Below, one piece after another: positions 37,646 to 51,800 of a DNA stretch of 64,000 nucleotides. This DNA is from Phoronis australis (Eukaryota > Animalia > Phoronida). Under the pieces are notes generated by a model that did not search any database, was not told where the DNA came from, and saw nothing but the letters and a program-made list of their open reading frames with translations. The stretch lies in the NCBI GenBank assembly GCA_002633005.1, contig NMRA01000149.1, forward strand, positions 574,487-638,486. The letters run 5' to 3'. Position 1 is the stretch's first letter. Every line of letters starts with the position of its first letter. The translations under genes were made by a program, and so were the position numbers.

Positions 37646-37656
37646 AATAAAATAAA
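37646..37656 (+). terminator. Candidate polyadenylation signals of gene 1 (~1.7-kb 3'UTR)
   Basis: Overlapping AATAAAATAAA after a T-rich, ORF-poor stretch downstream of the stop at 35910. Confidence 0.35.
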
Positions 37657-39221
37657 TGGGATAAGAGTTTGTTGAAGACAGTATTTTCCCTGGGCATCTA
37701 CAAACAAAAAGGGAAATACTAAAATAACATCTGTGTCCATTACATGCATTAGTAGAAAATAGTTCTGGGCTATGCTTTTTATGTGTCCCAAAATTAAGTT
37801 GAAACAATCATTGGAGGTATTTGATAGCAAGGGAATACTTGGCAGAACTAGTGGGATATTTCAAATGTAGGTCACGATTATAGAAACACAGTGGATTGGA
37901 GACAACAAAACGAAAGAATTTCACGTTTCCTGAAATTTTCACTAAGCTAAATTCGTAGTTTTGTTTTCCATCAAGATCACTAAAATTTGTGTTTTGATGG
38001 TTTAGGTTTTAGTTGGTGAACAAATTATCCAAGTTGACTTACCCACAAATTGTGACATCTGGGCTAAGGTTGGCCCATAATGCGACCCAAATTGGCGCAA
38101 ATCGGAAACTTTGTCATAACAGACCTGTAGTTGCACCATTCTCCAGTTGTCATTTTATGAGAAAATGGTGGTTCTCGAAGCCCTAGTAGATCTCCAGCAC
38201 GGGTTAACAGCGGTTCACTATCAGTAGAGCTCTATGATTTGAACAAAACGAAAGCTACAGATACCGCTAACTATCTATAGTCATATGTTTTTAATTTTCT
38301 CGATGTCTAGATATTTCCATACACATAATCCAGTATATAGTAAACCTCATTGTAACACGTTTTGCATCTCAAAACCAAGTAGTGTTGCCCTGCTTTAAAT
38401 TCATTTGACAAAATAAGCGTGACAAAATAATTAGAGAGTTAGCCTAATTTAGACTTTTCCTCTGATGGTGGTCTGTAAAATGGTTCACATTTCGTCTTAT
38501 AACAAGTCTCTAAATTTGCTGTGTTTAAAAGAAAATTGTAGCCCTTGGAAAAATGTTCCGATTCAAAACCTCTTGTTGAGGGAAAGTAACTGTTTGCACT
38601 TCGGTTCTGCTATTAATAATAACTGCTCAGACTCATTGAGCAACTAATTCCTTTTGGGAAGCCAGTTTTCTCTATTGTTGCAGATGAGGAGACGATTTTA
38701 TCTATGAAACTTATTGGTTCGATCCGCAATTTTAGTTGAAAAAAGTCTGTTTTTATCGTACAATAGGGGCATTGCTTATATCTATGATTTTCTCGATGGT
38801 ACTGGTCACTGATCTAAAGTCATCAATGTTTTTGTGCGACGCCAGCTTCTCTTCACCGACGTACCGCGGTACTATGCACCTTCTTGGTTTCGAAATGCAA
38901 TTCGACAGATAATTCTAAGTTTATTTTTTGTTTTCCACTTTCAACTTTAATTTCGAGCCAAAAATCAACAAGATAATCTGCACAAGCTTAGTTATAACGA
39001 CTGAGATAATTGACGACTTTTTTTTAATTGGCCCCGATCAGAATGCTCCGCCGTAGGCCTACTATAAATATTCAGTCAGACATTTACTGGAAAACTACTG
39101 AAGCATGTTTTCTCGGGGTGAAAACGCCTCGACAGATATAATTCACTGAAAAAAAAACTTCATAGATAAAAATGATTTATTTATTTCAATAATCGAATTA
39201 TACTTTCACAACGGTTCTAGA

Positions 39222-39243
39222 GACGTCATTCCGGAAGTGACGT
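39222..39243 (+). promoter_or_regulatory. ETS-CRE composite promoter motif upstream of the THAP exon
   Basis: GACGTCATTCCGGAAGTGACGT is near-palindromic, contains CCGGAAGTGACGT, and lies ~140 bp before ATG 39384 in locally CpG-richer DNA. Confidence 0.65.
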
Positions 39244-39383
39244 ACCTGGCCTAAGCTTGTTCCAGCCAGCCATCTAGAGTCTTCGTACGTACTTTAAGGA
39301 CTGATATCCTTGAGTCAGAGTATTTGCTTATTCTTTAACAGCAGGTTTTGTCATCTATTCGCCCCATTTAGTCGCTGTATACG

Positions 39384-39815
39384 ATGCCAAAAGGTTGCTG
39401 TGTACCGGGATGCACCCACTATGACCTCGCTCGAAGCTTAGGTTTTGCCTTTCACCGGTTTCCGTCCGATGACGAAGTTCGCCGTAAATGGATCATTCGT
39501 ATTACGGATTTCCCGTTAGCGGCAAACGCTTCCAAGCAAGAGGTGCAAAAATTAAATTATCGAGTATGCGGGAAACATTTCCTTCCCTCGGACTACGAGA
39601 GTGAAATATACTCGGAAATTATGAAGCTTCCTCCAAAACATCGCCTGAAAAGCGACGCCGTGCCGTCGATATTTCCATCAGATTCAAAACCTTTGAGCAA
39701 CTTTACAGCTGTGCAGACAAGTGATAGCAACTGCAAGCCAAGTTCATCTGTTAAGTCTGAATCCAGTGAAGAGGTCAGAGAACCAGACTTTGACAAGTTT
39801 GACAGCAAGGCCAAG
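39384..39815 (+). CDS. THAP (C2CH) zinc-finger DNA-binding domain exon
   Basis: MPKGCCVPGC...FHRFPSDDEVRRKW...RVCGKHF...LKSDAVPSIF has the complete C2CH ligands, the conserved P/W/F/P residues and an AVPTIF-like box at the extreme N-terminus. Phase-0 donor AAG|gtattt after 39815. Confidence 0.93.
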
Positions 39816-42800
39816 GTATTTTTTCACTATGCCTGGGTATAAATGCAGGTTGTTCAAGTTCAGTGAACTATAGGTTCAGTTGGATGAGGTTCAGAATAGA
39901 AATAGGTCAACTTTCATCTTTGGCGCATTTAGCCGAGTTGAAAGACTTGTGGAGGTGAGCGCATAGCCAAACAGCATTTGATAAAATTTTGAATCAAATG
40001 ATAACCCGGAGAAATATCAGTTGTCATCTGCCAATTTTCTAATACAGTACCCTATATTGTAAGTGGGCCTCCTTGTGACAATTAATTTTCTGCATCCACT
40101 ATCTCTTTCTCAATTCTGTCAAAGCATGACTTAAATTATTCTTTGTGGCCCAACAAGTATTAATGTATATTTTGGGGCAGTTCTATTTGTGACGGACGTA
40201 CAATTATAGAGAACATGTTTATCATTTGCGAAAAAAATGTTTATCCTAGGAAAATGATTAATATATCAATTGATAGATATGATCAATAGCATTCAAAGCG
40301 TGTATCGACTTTTCTTCTGGTGCCTTTTATCTGACTGAGAAAATTTCCTGTAAAGGGGTGTGACGAACGTAGGCAGCGAATTCGAATTTTAGGAAAAAAA
40401 ATCAAAATTAATTTTTGTGAGTTGCACTTAGTTACACTTTTTTGTTTTATATGATATCTTCTAAGAAATTTTTGTCAGACAGCTCGTTGTAAGTCGAGTG
40501 TGTCTGACATACGTGACGGACGCACGCTCTGAAATTTTTAGTATTAAATTGAATTCAGAATAATTCAAACTTTTGCAGTATTTAAGTTACTTTGGTTGTT
40601 TACTACTGATTCAGTGTTATTAATCAAAATACACTGATTGACATTTTGCACAAAATCATTACAGGTAGACAAATGTTGGGAATATACACTAGTTTTTTAA
40701 CTTTTCAATGCATTTCATTAAACATATAAAATGAAAGTGCTCAGAGGAGTGACACAACAGTCTTCTTCAATAGAAGGTAAACCAACAACAGTGTAGCAAA
40801 ATCAGTCAACAAAGGAACAGGGTTATCACAGAATCTCAGATAATTCAAAAAGTAGACTTTCTGGCAAAAAATGAAAAACATATTTTCTGAAAGCCTGTTC
40901 AAAACTATCAAACACTATAGTTGTTAAACTAACGTGCCTTTTCAAAAGTTTTCAAATTTTGCATTTTTTTTCAAATTGAAACTCGAATAACTCAAAAACG
41001 GTAAGTCTGGGAAAAAATAATTCAAGTCATTTGAAAGAATATTCATCAGAGAATCAACATGCAAAAATTCATGTCATTTCCTCTTCCCGTTTTACATGGC
41101 ACTGCTGCACGATTGAAAATGGGCAAAAATTCGCCAGATACGCCATCTTGAAAGCAACTTCCGGTTATGCAGCTCTTGATAATAGGTAGTCACAGGAAAC
41201 TAACATGAGGAAAATTGGTCCTACAATGCGCCCTCTACAGGTGCGCGTGTGTAATTGCCGATATTTTCGCCATCTTTGATCGGAAGTTCATGCTTTCGGG
41301 TGTATTATTAGCACTTGTCTACTTCTGTGCCAATTTTCAGCCATGTACGTCAAAAAATGCGGCCTCTATGAGTATGGTATTTGAAGCTGAAATTGGAAAC
41401 AAAATAGCCACAACATCCGCTATTTTGGATCCGATCATGACGATAAACAATAGGCTTCCAGTACTCTTGGAGTTACACGTTGTGTGTAAATTTCATGGTG
41501 ATCAGACGAGAGGCATTGAATGATATCATATCATGGTGTACAAGATGGCATTTTTTCTAGTTTTGGAGAATATTCCGGCAGAGATTTATTCATCTTACAG
41601 TTTCATATTCTTCTTCCCGTAGTCTCCATCAATTTCCTCTTTCGTTTCTAAACGATAATTTAATATCCTCGACGCTCAGCAGAAAAAAATTAGTCTAATT
41701 CTTAAAACGATTGCGACATCAAGGTTCTTGTTTTGACAAAAATATGAGGTGAGACAATGTAATCATTTGCTATGAAACCAGTTCATACAAGCCACCCAAG
41801 ACACTGAAAAACTATTGTCAGTGAAGGTGTGAATGCTAATAAAGTAGGTGACAGGTTGCTTCTTAAAACCCCCAGTATTGGCGTTTTCTACACCAAACTT
41901 AGCAGGTCAGAGCAGAAATAACATGTTGACTCCAGCGCAACAGCAATTTCACATGTATTCTTTTAGGTCTCTTATTATTTATACTCCAGAGCATCTTAGG
42001 AATTCTTAATATTTGAATATTTTTCCGTCTTGAATTTTCCAGAAGCTAATCACTTCTTTACAAACACGGGGCAAGAGCAGAAAAACATTTGAGTTCATTA
42101 AATTCACATTTTGTTTTATTTATAATGTGGTCCAGTACTTTTGAAAGTGAAGAAGTCCGATGCTTCTAGTTCAAATCTGTAGCAAATTCTTAACGTGATT
42201 TTAAAGTTGAAATATTTAATCCTTTTAAGGTTCTTAGGTGTGATATAAATTTTATCTTCTGTGACCTGCAAAAATGGGTCCGCTTAGGCAAAAATGAAAG
42301 TTATAGGACAGTCAAATATAAGTTTTGAAACTAAAGAGACCGGGCTTTCCGATGAAACCAGAAATGTTAGTGTAGTCACAATTTTAATTTTTTGTCTCTT
42401 GGTTGACCTTTTTGCAGAATTGCCCTTTGATTTCTCAGTCTTTTAATGTTCAACAGATTAGAAACTTTTTTAATTTTAGTTCTGTTTAACAAAACGCGTT
42501 CACAAAAACCTGATGTGCAGACGTATTAAAATGATGAACGTATCAATGAATTAGTAATAAAACATGCAGATGTTGAATGCTAGATACTGTTTACAGGGCG
42601 CTAAAAGATGTACTGTCACTTCAAATTACTTACGGACAAGATTGCTGGTGTAAATTCATGAAAACAGTGATAGAAATCAAGTATTTAAAGCAAAAAACGT
42701 TGTTGATTTACTTGATAAGAAGCTCAATTTTCTTTGCACTGCCTTGACATGAGTTCATGGTAGCATTGTGTGATAAAATTTTTGTTTTTCAAAACTGAGC

Positions 42801-45800
42801 TGTTTGTTTGCCATTCCTGTGCCCATAGAACACGTGATGACTCATGCACTTTCCTTTACTGCAAGGCATAGCCATATCATATATGGTAGACTCAGGCGCA
42901 GAGTCTGATCCACAGAAATTGGATTTGACCTTTGCATTGTACTGACTGCAGCATAGAGTCTGACTGCAGGGTTTCCAAAAATGTACTCGTATGGACGAGG
43001 GCATTGTGAAGGAACCTCCGACACCTCGTCAAGGAACATTTACTTAATTGGTGTTCAAATATTGAAACCCCAAAAATTGTTAAACTGATGAACTTCTGAA
43101 ACGCAGTCAGTGTTTTGATGCTGTAAAACATGACTTGACATATATCACGTGACCAAATGTTTTGTTATTCACATCTCTTGTGGTCACAAAAGATCTCTAG
43201 ACTATATTCTCATGTTGCAATAGAGCACAGGAATATTCGCAGTGTTAAGCACTGTTTTTGATTATACTGCTGCTAAAAGGTACAAGTATGTCTTCGTGTC
43301 AGCTTAATTCTATGTGTCATGTGCAAAAAGTGTGAAATGTGTTAAGAATAGCAGAATCTAGGGGAATGATTCCCTCCTTCATGTTCGTGGCATAAACCAA
43401 ATTTTAATGCTTTTGCTTTTGTGTATTTCCAACTGTAGGAAGTCATTGCTGACATTGGCATTATGGGAACGGAGAAGCTGGATCAGGAAAAGCAGAGTGG
43501 GTCGGAGATCATGCCTGTTAAACCAGGTAGGTTGTAAACCAACTCAGCTCAACATAATGGCTAAGGTAAACATGGTCTGCTGAAGGCGGTGCTGCTGTAG
43601 GAGGTTGATGAACAGTTTAGCTGATGACCATCTTGTTACTTCGCCACATTTGCAACGTTAGTTTTTCTATCCGCAGCATTTATCTTGAATAAATTAAAAG
43701 ATACTGATTTTTAATGAAATTCTCGCAGACAAATTGAACCCTCAATGATCGTAACAGCATTGACTTAATTCCTGTTGTAATCAAAGTCACTTGTCGTGTA
43801 GTTTTAAGAGCATAATGTTAAGTCCCTGTAGTGGGCCTTGTCCAATGGTTGATATGTTATGAATTGGTGGTTTTCATTGTGTTTTTGGTCTACTCTAGCA
43901 GTAACGAGTCAAGTCAGTTCGAAAAATGGAAAAGGGAAGACTAGTGGAAGTGGTCATAAAAGGCGATTCAAGTGCAGCGTGTGTCTCACGGTGGGCAATG
44001 TTTTATTAGTTTAGCACGATTGTTCCTGAAGAAGGTTACAGTGACATCCCCAGACTGTTGCAATCTTAGCTGCATTCTATACTTGCAAACCTGGGATTTT
44101 TACTGATAAGACAGTTCAATAGCTGGAGAGACGAACTGTGTCATTTTTGTCTTTATCATAATTATACTTATGGCAGCATTTTGCTGTAATATTTCTATCT
44201 GCAAGAAAAGAATCCTACATTGACACTCTCACTGGTTGAGATCAGGCAACTCAACTGGTTTGCGTATCTTATTGGAATCTGCTAGTGTTGATCAAAGGGA
44301 CCATGCTGTTGTAGTTAATTACATCACCTCAGGCTACTGATGTTATTGTTCTCTAGATAATCAGGCCCATTAAAAACACAAGGGGGATGGGGGTGGGGGT
44401 GGTCAATAGTATTTTTTTATATTTTCATTTAGAAAGTTTTTGATAGCATATAACATTTGAATAGTTCGGGAAAAGTACACATGGTTACTGTTTTTGAATT
44501 TTTTTAATTGAACAAGAAATGTGACTTGTACTACCTAAAACTTTTGTATAATGTTGTCATATTATGCTCCTCCTGTTAACTCTGCTGGGTGTGCAACATA
44601 ATAGGGCCAATTACCAAACCAGCCTGCAGTATTTGGAATTTAAGGTAAGCCAAGTGTCATACACAATTCTTGGGATGTGATCTCCTGTTTTTTGCTCTGT
44701 CTACCAACTAAATGCTGATGGGTCACAAACCTGTTTATGGCATGAAAAGGAAGGATACCCCCAAGGCCGAGCAATTCTCTTGCAAAACAGGCATTCCTCC
44801 TTAGAGCTGTTGTGTTTTCATGTGTGACTCTTGAATGTTTATTTTGAAAAACAGCTTCAGAGGTGATTTGCTGTGTAGTTTTCAAGTAGTTATGTGTTGA
44901 GTTTAGCCAAAGCTTATGTTTGCCCATATAATGCTTTTTTGCTCCTCTAAAGGAAGAATTTAGACTGTAAAAGTAGTTGTTTTCTCTTAATGAATTTCCT
45001 TTGTGTTTCAGGTTGACTTTTGCAAGTACAAAACTAAGCATTTTGGACAAACCAAACGTCTGTGCAATGACACTTGTTACAAAATGTTTCGTGCCCACCC
45101 TGGCAAGTACATTCGAAGTCTGCTTAAAGGTCATGCTGCTTGTCCTCCATTTCCTGCTGTGGTCACACCCCCCTCTGGTGGGACAAGAGAGTGCTGGGGG
45201 TGCTTGAAAGAGACTGACCTGAGAATTACTTACCATGGCCTTGACCTTTGCAGCGAAGCGTGTCTGTACCACTATGAGTTGTCGTTGGACACGACTTGCT
45301 CAAATTGCTTGCAGAAGATCGCGCTATTCTGTATCAGCAAGTACAGCAGTAGCTTTGGTCAAGGCTTCAAGCAGTTCTGTTGCGCCACCTGCCTGGAAGA
45401 ATACAAGACACGTGTGAAGCTGTGTAGTTCCTGCAATTGCGACCTGTCAAACTCCATGCATGATGGCTTTATGGCACCTGTCGGCACGATGGGAGTTTTT
45501 CGCGACTTCTGCACAGAGACATGCATGAAGAAATATTTGGACAGTTACAGGTAACATTTATTGGATATTACTACTTGATCATTGATACGTCTGTTCTCTG
45601 ATTGGCCATGCTGTACAACAATAACTTCCCATTAACCATGAAACTTCTGTCCTGTGATTGTCAAAACATGGTACTGTAACTTTCGATTTGCTGCGTTGTT
45701 ATACGATTTCTGACACTTCTGTCCTGTAAGTGGTTGAAATGCAGTACGATAACTTACGATATAGCATAATATTGACCAATCTGGCCGTGGAATATCACTA

Positions 45801-48800
45801 TGTTTATGCCGCCTGAACTTCAGATATCGCTATTAGCAATATGACCAATTAAATGCTGTAGAAATCATAAACCCTGACCACGAAGAAAGCAGACAATGCC
45901 AGTACATCAAAGCAGGTAAGAACAAGCTGATCTAATTACAGGCTAATAGTCAGAGGAAAGAAGCATCAGTGGATGTGTAATGAAACACATTAGATAGATC
46001 TGTTGGGCATATTGGGTCATATTGGGTCATATGGACCTAGTGAGAGCAATGTTGCTCTTGGCTGGCTCTCCCTTGGTCCATATAACCTGGTATCACCCTC
46101 AGGATCGATACATTTTCATTGGTCTAGTAGTTCCGCATGTGACTCATATCTAACTACGAAGCCAGAAATAAGAGATCTGGTGTAGCACATGCTTTTGTAT
46201 TACGTAGACAATAGAAGTTCGGTTAACTTGTTACGAATGACGTCTACCAATTTCAAGATAATTTTGTTAAGGTTTGCGGCAGTTAGTATTTTGCACTTTA
46301 CATGAAAGTTCCAGTTGTGTTCCGTTATTTGACAAGGCACATCTCAATTTTGCACTTTACATGAAAGTTCCAGTTGTGTTCCGTTATTTGACAAGGCACA
46401 TCTCAATTTTGCACTTTACATGAAAGTTCCAGTTGTGTTCCGTTATTTGACAAGGCACATCTCAATTTTTGTCTGGTGGCACCGGATACTATAATTGTAT
46501 TTTCATTGCTTTTTTCTTTTGAAAGGTTCGAAAACCTGTCACAATAAAACATTTGCGTTTGACATTAGTCTATAAAAGTGCGTCACACCAGATTTATTTG
46601 CTTGTTTTGATTGTTGAAGCACCCTCTGGTGGCTGCAGTGGTTACAGTTGCCATACTTGCTGTTTCCTCATTTTTCAATTACTTCCAACATTGTTGTGAG
46701 TAACTAGAAATGTTCACTTTTTTGTATTTTAAAATATTATTTACTGCATGAACTTGGTTGAGCGCTAATTTGGTGCCTAATATTTTTTACGGAAAAAGTC
46801 AGAAAATAAATTTTAGCTGTCTGCTGTATTTTGTCCTAATAAATCTAATTCAGTCCTCCAGCCTCTTGACGAGAGCTTGTTGGAATATGAGAAATTGTTC
46901 CAACATGGGTATCAATGCTTGAAGCTTTAGATTAAATGAGTTTGGTTCTTGCGAACATTTTGTCCCATCAGCACCCTTGGTTATTGTTGTGTATCTGTTT
47001 TCAAATGGTATACAGCCCTATGCGAGTTCAAGCATCCGTCAGCAACTGCTCTGGTTGTGGTCGGGCCACGTCTACAAGCCGCTGTGTCTTCTTCAACAAC
47101 TGTTTGCACAAGATCTGCAGTACAGCATGTATGGGAAAGTGTACAATGGAATATGGCCTGTCGAACCTGAAAGAATGCGACAACTGCTGTGTGTTGTATG
47201 AGGCTGTCAACTGCCATGTGTTAAACTTCGAGGGAAAAAGACATCTTTTCTGTACGATCACCTGTTTGAATGTGTACAAGGACCTTCATACAGAGGTAGT
47301 TCAGTTATTGTATGTTTATATTATCTGGCCTTGGACCTGATGAAATTGGTGTGTGTAATGAATTTAGACAATTTTAAGGCTACCCAGAACTCTGCCAGTG
47401 ACTATGTGTTTTTGCATAAAATTTTTGAGGTTTGTGGTTAACTCTTGAATATCGTGCATTATCTCTAAGGTTGTGGGTTTGAAAGCCTGTGATGGCTACG
47501 TAATGTTTGTGAATCAAGTGCTAATAATATTTTTTATGTGTTTCAATTCAATGTACTTTGGATTGTTTGTCACCGTAGCGTTCCATCAAATTCAAATATC
47601 ACTTCACTCTGTATTATCCATCCCCGTGCTGGCCATCTTCTTCATACATCATCATCACCAGTTTCATCATTTTTTGAGCTATGGTTCAGTTTTGCTCCCT
47701 AGAATGTTTTCATTAACATATTTATCTGGTACAGTAAAAATTATTTACTTTCAGACAAAATAGTTCTTGAAATCATACCTTTTCTTCTATTTTTCAAAGG
47801 ATTACTGCATTTCTTTTAAGTGCTCAATGTTTTTCCAAACATTGTTTACAACAATGCCACTCAATAACTGCTCAACAGAAAAGTTTTTATATTTATTTTT
47901 TTCAGAGTTTTGACAACTTAAAAATTAAACTATTCCATGTTGTGTCCCAAACTGATTTTTACCAAAGATATTTTATGTTATTGTAGCGGGTTGGGAGTGT
48001 TCTTCCATCAGCATTCCATTTCTTTGTTTACATCCATTGTTTTGGCTAGAGATTTTCACCTCTTCATTTATTAGGGAGTTTTGGCAAAGTTGTGTGTACA
48101 TATATGGACCTGGAATCTCCCTGTTTCTGTTCCTAACTATGTCTTCAAAAGATGATCCTATCAATGTAAAGAACAAGGAAAGCCTTTTTACCTTTGACCT
48201 ATAGTTAAGTCTGAAGAGATCTCTGTTCTGACCAGAGCTTGAACCTGGGATTTTCCACTAACCATGCAGATGCTCTAGTTAACTGAGCTATCAAGACCAT
48301 CGATTAATAATTCTTGCGTAGATCATATCAATGGTCTGATTTACAATTATTGACCTTAAGGCATTACCCCGGAGCTGTTCAGATGTTGCACACAATGTCT
48401 ATTTCCGCCTTCTCTAAGATGATGAACTGCATTTGGTGCAACATGAGGAAGGACAACTTTGACATGGTGCAGCAGACAATCTCCAAGGTTTCTCATCAGT
48501 TCTGCTCCTTCAAGTGCTTGTCAATGCACCAAGCCAAGATGAAGAGTCGTTTCCAGATGAAACCCTACCAAATAATGCCTGGTGGCCTACAGGGAATGTC
48601 CCAGCAAGCAGTACTCCAATCAGGTATGAATAGCAACAAAAATGAATAGTTTGTTACGATTTCTTGCCATGTTCACAACAGCTATTATGTACATGACATT
48701 TTAGCACCTCTGTATATGCCTAAGTTAGAATGCAAACAGTCACAATCACACAAACTGTTTGTGCAGATCTCCAAACCACAGACTGTCATAATCTATTGTT

Positions 48801-51800
48801 GCCACAACTTGTGTTTTTGTGGCTTGCACAAACTGTCCGTAACCATGATGTTGCGGCAGTTTTTACAGACATTTGAAGCACAAATTGTCACATTATAACC
48901 AAAGTTCAATTAGCTGCAGTGACAGTCTGTTCAAGTCTTCAGTCTTCAGAGTCTTGAGGAATCGTTGGTTTTACCTGCATCCATAAAATGGGCAATGGCC
49001 GAGGAGAGTAGAGAATCCCAAGGCAACTTGAGGAACAAGTTCCCTTTTCCCTTCGTGTCGGGAGACTTAAGAGAATGCTACAGTTATCGATGAAACGGTG
49101 AAGAGGAAAACTGTGAAGGTGTGTCGGGGGTTGACAGAATGAAGAGGTTGGTGGAAACTGCGATATTGGCAGAGATGAATATTCGGTATAAAGACATGGA
49201 AGTGACATGAGGCATAAAAGCAAGTGGACATTGACACTGTAGACTAGATATATAGGATGTTAACTATTGTCATGATGTTAATTGTCTGATATGGCATATA
49301 TTCATGCATCTTAAAATCATCGTGTTTGGTTGTTTTCCTGTGAATTTTTGTAAAAGGAACTTAACTGCCTCCACAAATTCAGACACATGATGACTTCACA
49401 TTTCTAAGTGGTTGGTGAAACTACTACAGATTGTTGAAAAGGGAAGTTATGAAAATTTATGCTTTGAAAGTGTCTACAGACCAAAGCCCACATTACTTGA
49501 GCATTTTGTTAGGTTTCAACTCCAGACGAAAGCAGTTTTAAATCGAGGCTAAATCCAGATATCGATCCAGTCCATGGTTAAACATCCTCCCATTCTTTTG
49601 TCCAGTATGACTAGGTCCAAATAGTTACTAAAACAGTCACCAGGGGTCTGTTTCATGAAAGTAACTTAAGATTTTTAATATACAGAAATTTGGTCTGATG
49701 CTCTCACTTCACAGTTGTTGAAAAAAAGGTTTAGTCAAGTAATTACTCTACAATTTAGAAAAGACAGGCAGTTATTGTGTATATTCCCATGACTGTACTT
49801 TTGCAGTTTTGTGGTGTGCAAGACCATTAATGCCTGACCTTAGATAATTCAGCATTATTTATATGCAGTATTATTAATGACAGTGGCTCATGTACAAATC
49901 TATTGTTGAAATATAAGGTATCGTTGACACAGACCGTTTCTAATTATCTGAAGGGTAAGGTGCTTGTGCCTTCTGAGACGGTATTTTTGGGGCGAGAGGA
50001 ACCCCCTATTTTTCAGCCCCAAAACTGAGGCTTTGATATCCTTGTGAATTACTGTCGCAATTTTGAGGATTATGACAGTCTGCAAACCACAAATTGTCAG
50101 AGTGAAAAGTTAGGACTGTTTGTGCTTCCTAGGTGACAGTTTTAAACAGTTACAACAGTTTCTGGTTTAACACATCTGTTGTTAGTTTTTTTAAACCAGT
50201 TTGTAGAACTCGTTACTGCAACATCTTAATGCAAAACATTGAATTCCTCTCAATTCTAGGATAACCAGGATCCTCCAAGCTTTGCAAATGGTTCCATTTT
50301 CTGGGTTATTTTAATGTTTTCATTGTCCCTGCTTATGTATTTTAATCTTTGTTATCCAACTGTCTTCCGTAGCGGTCCCTGTCCAGCCCAGTCAGTCATC
50401 GCTTCCACAGATTGCAGAGATCATATCCTTAGCACCTGGAAGCACTACTGGCCAGATGGTGGCTAATACAATAGAATCAACAATGAGAACTTCTACAGTG
50501 AGCTTGTTGATCAGTAATTTATTCTGGTGGCAGATATTTAATAAATGTCATGACCAATGCAACCATGATTTAGCCATGATTTTACCATGGTCAGAAACAT
50601 GGAAAAACATGGTGACCATGGTTTAACCCAGACACATACTGACCTAGTCGTCTGTGAATACAGATATATGGAATCTTAGTGGAACACAGTTCAGCCTAAG
50701 GTTTTTTGCAAATCAAAGCTTTAGCCTTTGGCAGTTCCAATACCCAATGAAGCAAATGATAAAAAATGTATTTTTTCACCACGAAATGGAATTGACTTGC
50801 ATACTAGAATTCTGTATATCTGACAATACACATGTCCATGACTTTGTCCACCATGTTGAATATTTAATTTGGGTAAAGTAAACAAATCAATTCCCATGTA
50901 AGTGGATAAGATAGTATGGTCTGTTCAAACCAATGTTTTTCAAATGACTTTGAATTGTAAAAGGTTGCAATTGTGCCATTCACACTATACTTAGGATTGT
51001 TACAAACTCATTTTTGCTCAATTTTGCTCAATTTTGGAGAGCATTGTAAGATGCTGATGTCAGTAAAAATACTGTCTGTTAATTAGCTGTCGATACAAAA
51101 ATAATGCAAGGTTTTTGATTATTTCAGTTAAAGACTTACCGTAATATTATTACAACTGCCATCTATTGCCATCACCTATCACCCCTGGTGTAGGTTGACT
51201 GAGTGAAGCCAAGATGTAAGGGATGAAAGCTAATATAGCAAATAATGTGAAGGTTTCTGATACAAACAATCCTGCTGCAATCACATACAGACGGCGAGCA
51301 TGTTTTATCAAGCACTGTTTTCGCCATTTGCTTGTTATTTTATGAGAAATCGGCATTTTGTTTTCTAATCTCAACCTGTTGAACACAATGTAAAAATTAC
51401 TGCATACATAGCACGCATGCCCATTTCAAAGCCATAGACCACTGTGTTACTCCTGGTCAGGAGGCTCCATTTTCATTCTGGGGATACTGCAAATTTACCT
51501 TTGAGAAACGACTGGGACAGCTGAATGGAAAAAATGAGGACAAGGGGCATAGATAAAGACATTTCACAGAGGATTGCCTGCTGTGGAATTTTAAGTGATG
51601 TTATTTAATGGCACATTTCTATAAGGAACCGCGGATATTTGTGAAGATCACATTGAATAGAACAGACTCGAGGGTATAAAACAGTTATGTTTTGTAACAA
51701 CTATGAAGGTAGAATCATCCTGAAAAGTTGTAATATTCATTGAATTTGGTTGAGATTTGCAGACATTTCATCGACTGGTAAACCAGGAATATTCATTCTG

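Noticed and set aside
39384-39842. THAP as the start of a P-element or Kolobok transposase
   Set aside because: No DDE/RNase H-like coding sequence follows and no enclosing TIRs were seen; the next in-phase exon is ZMYM-derived.
44640-45272. Minus-strand 210-aa ORF
   Set aside because: Overlaps a finger exon in antisense and has no recognisable motif.
48232-48292. tRNA gene (also at 1-32 and 16830-16900)
   Set aside because: Only A/B-box-like remnants with no full cloverleaf or acceptor stem; better explained as SINE heads.
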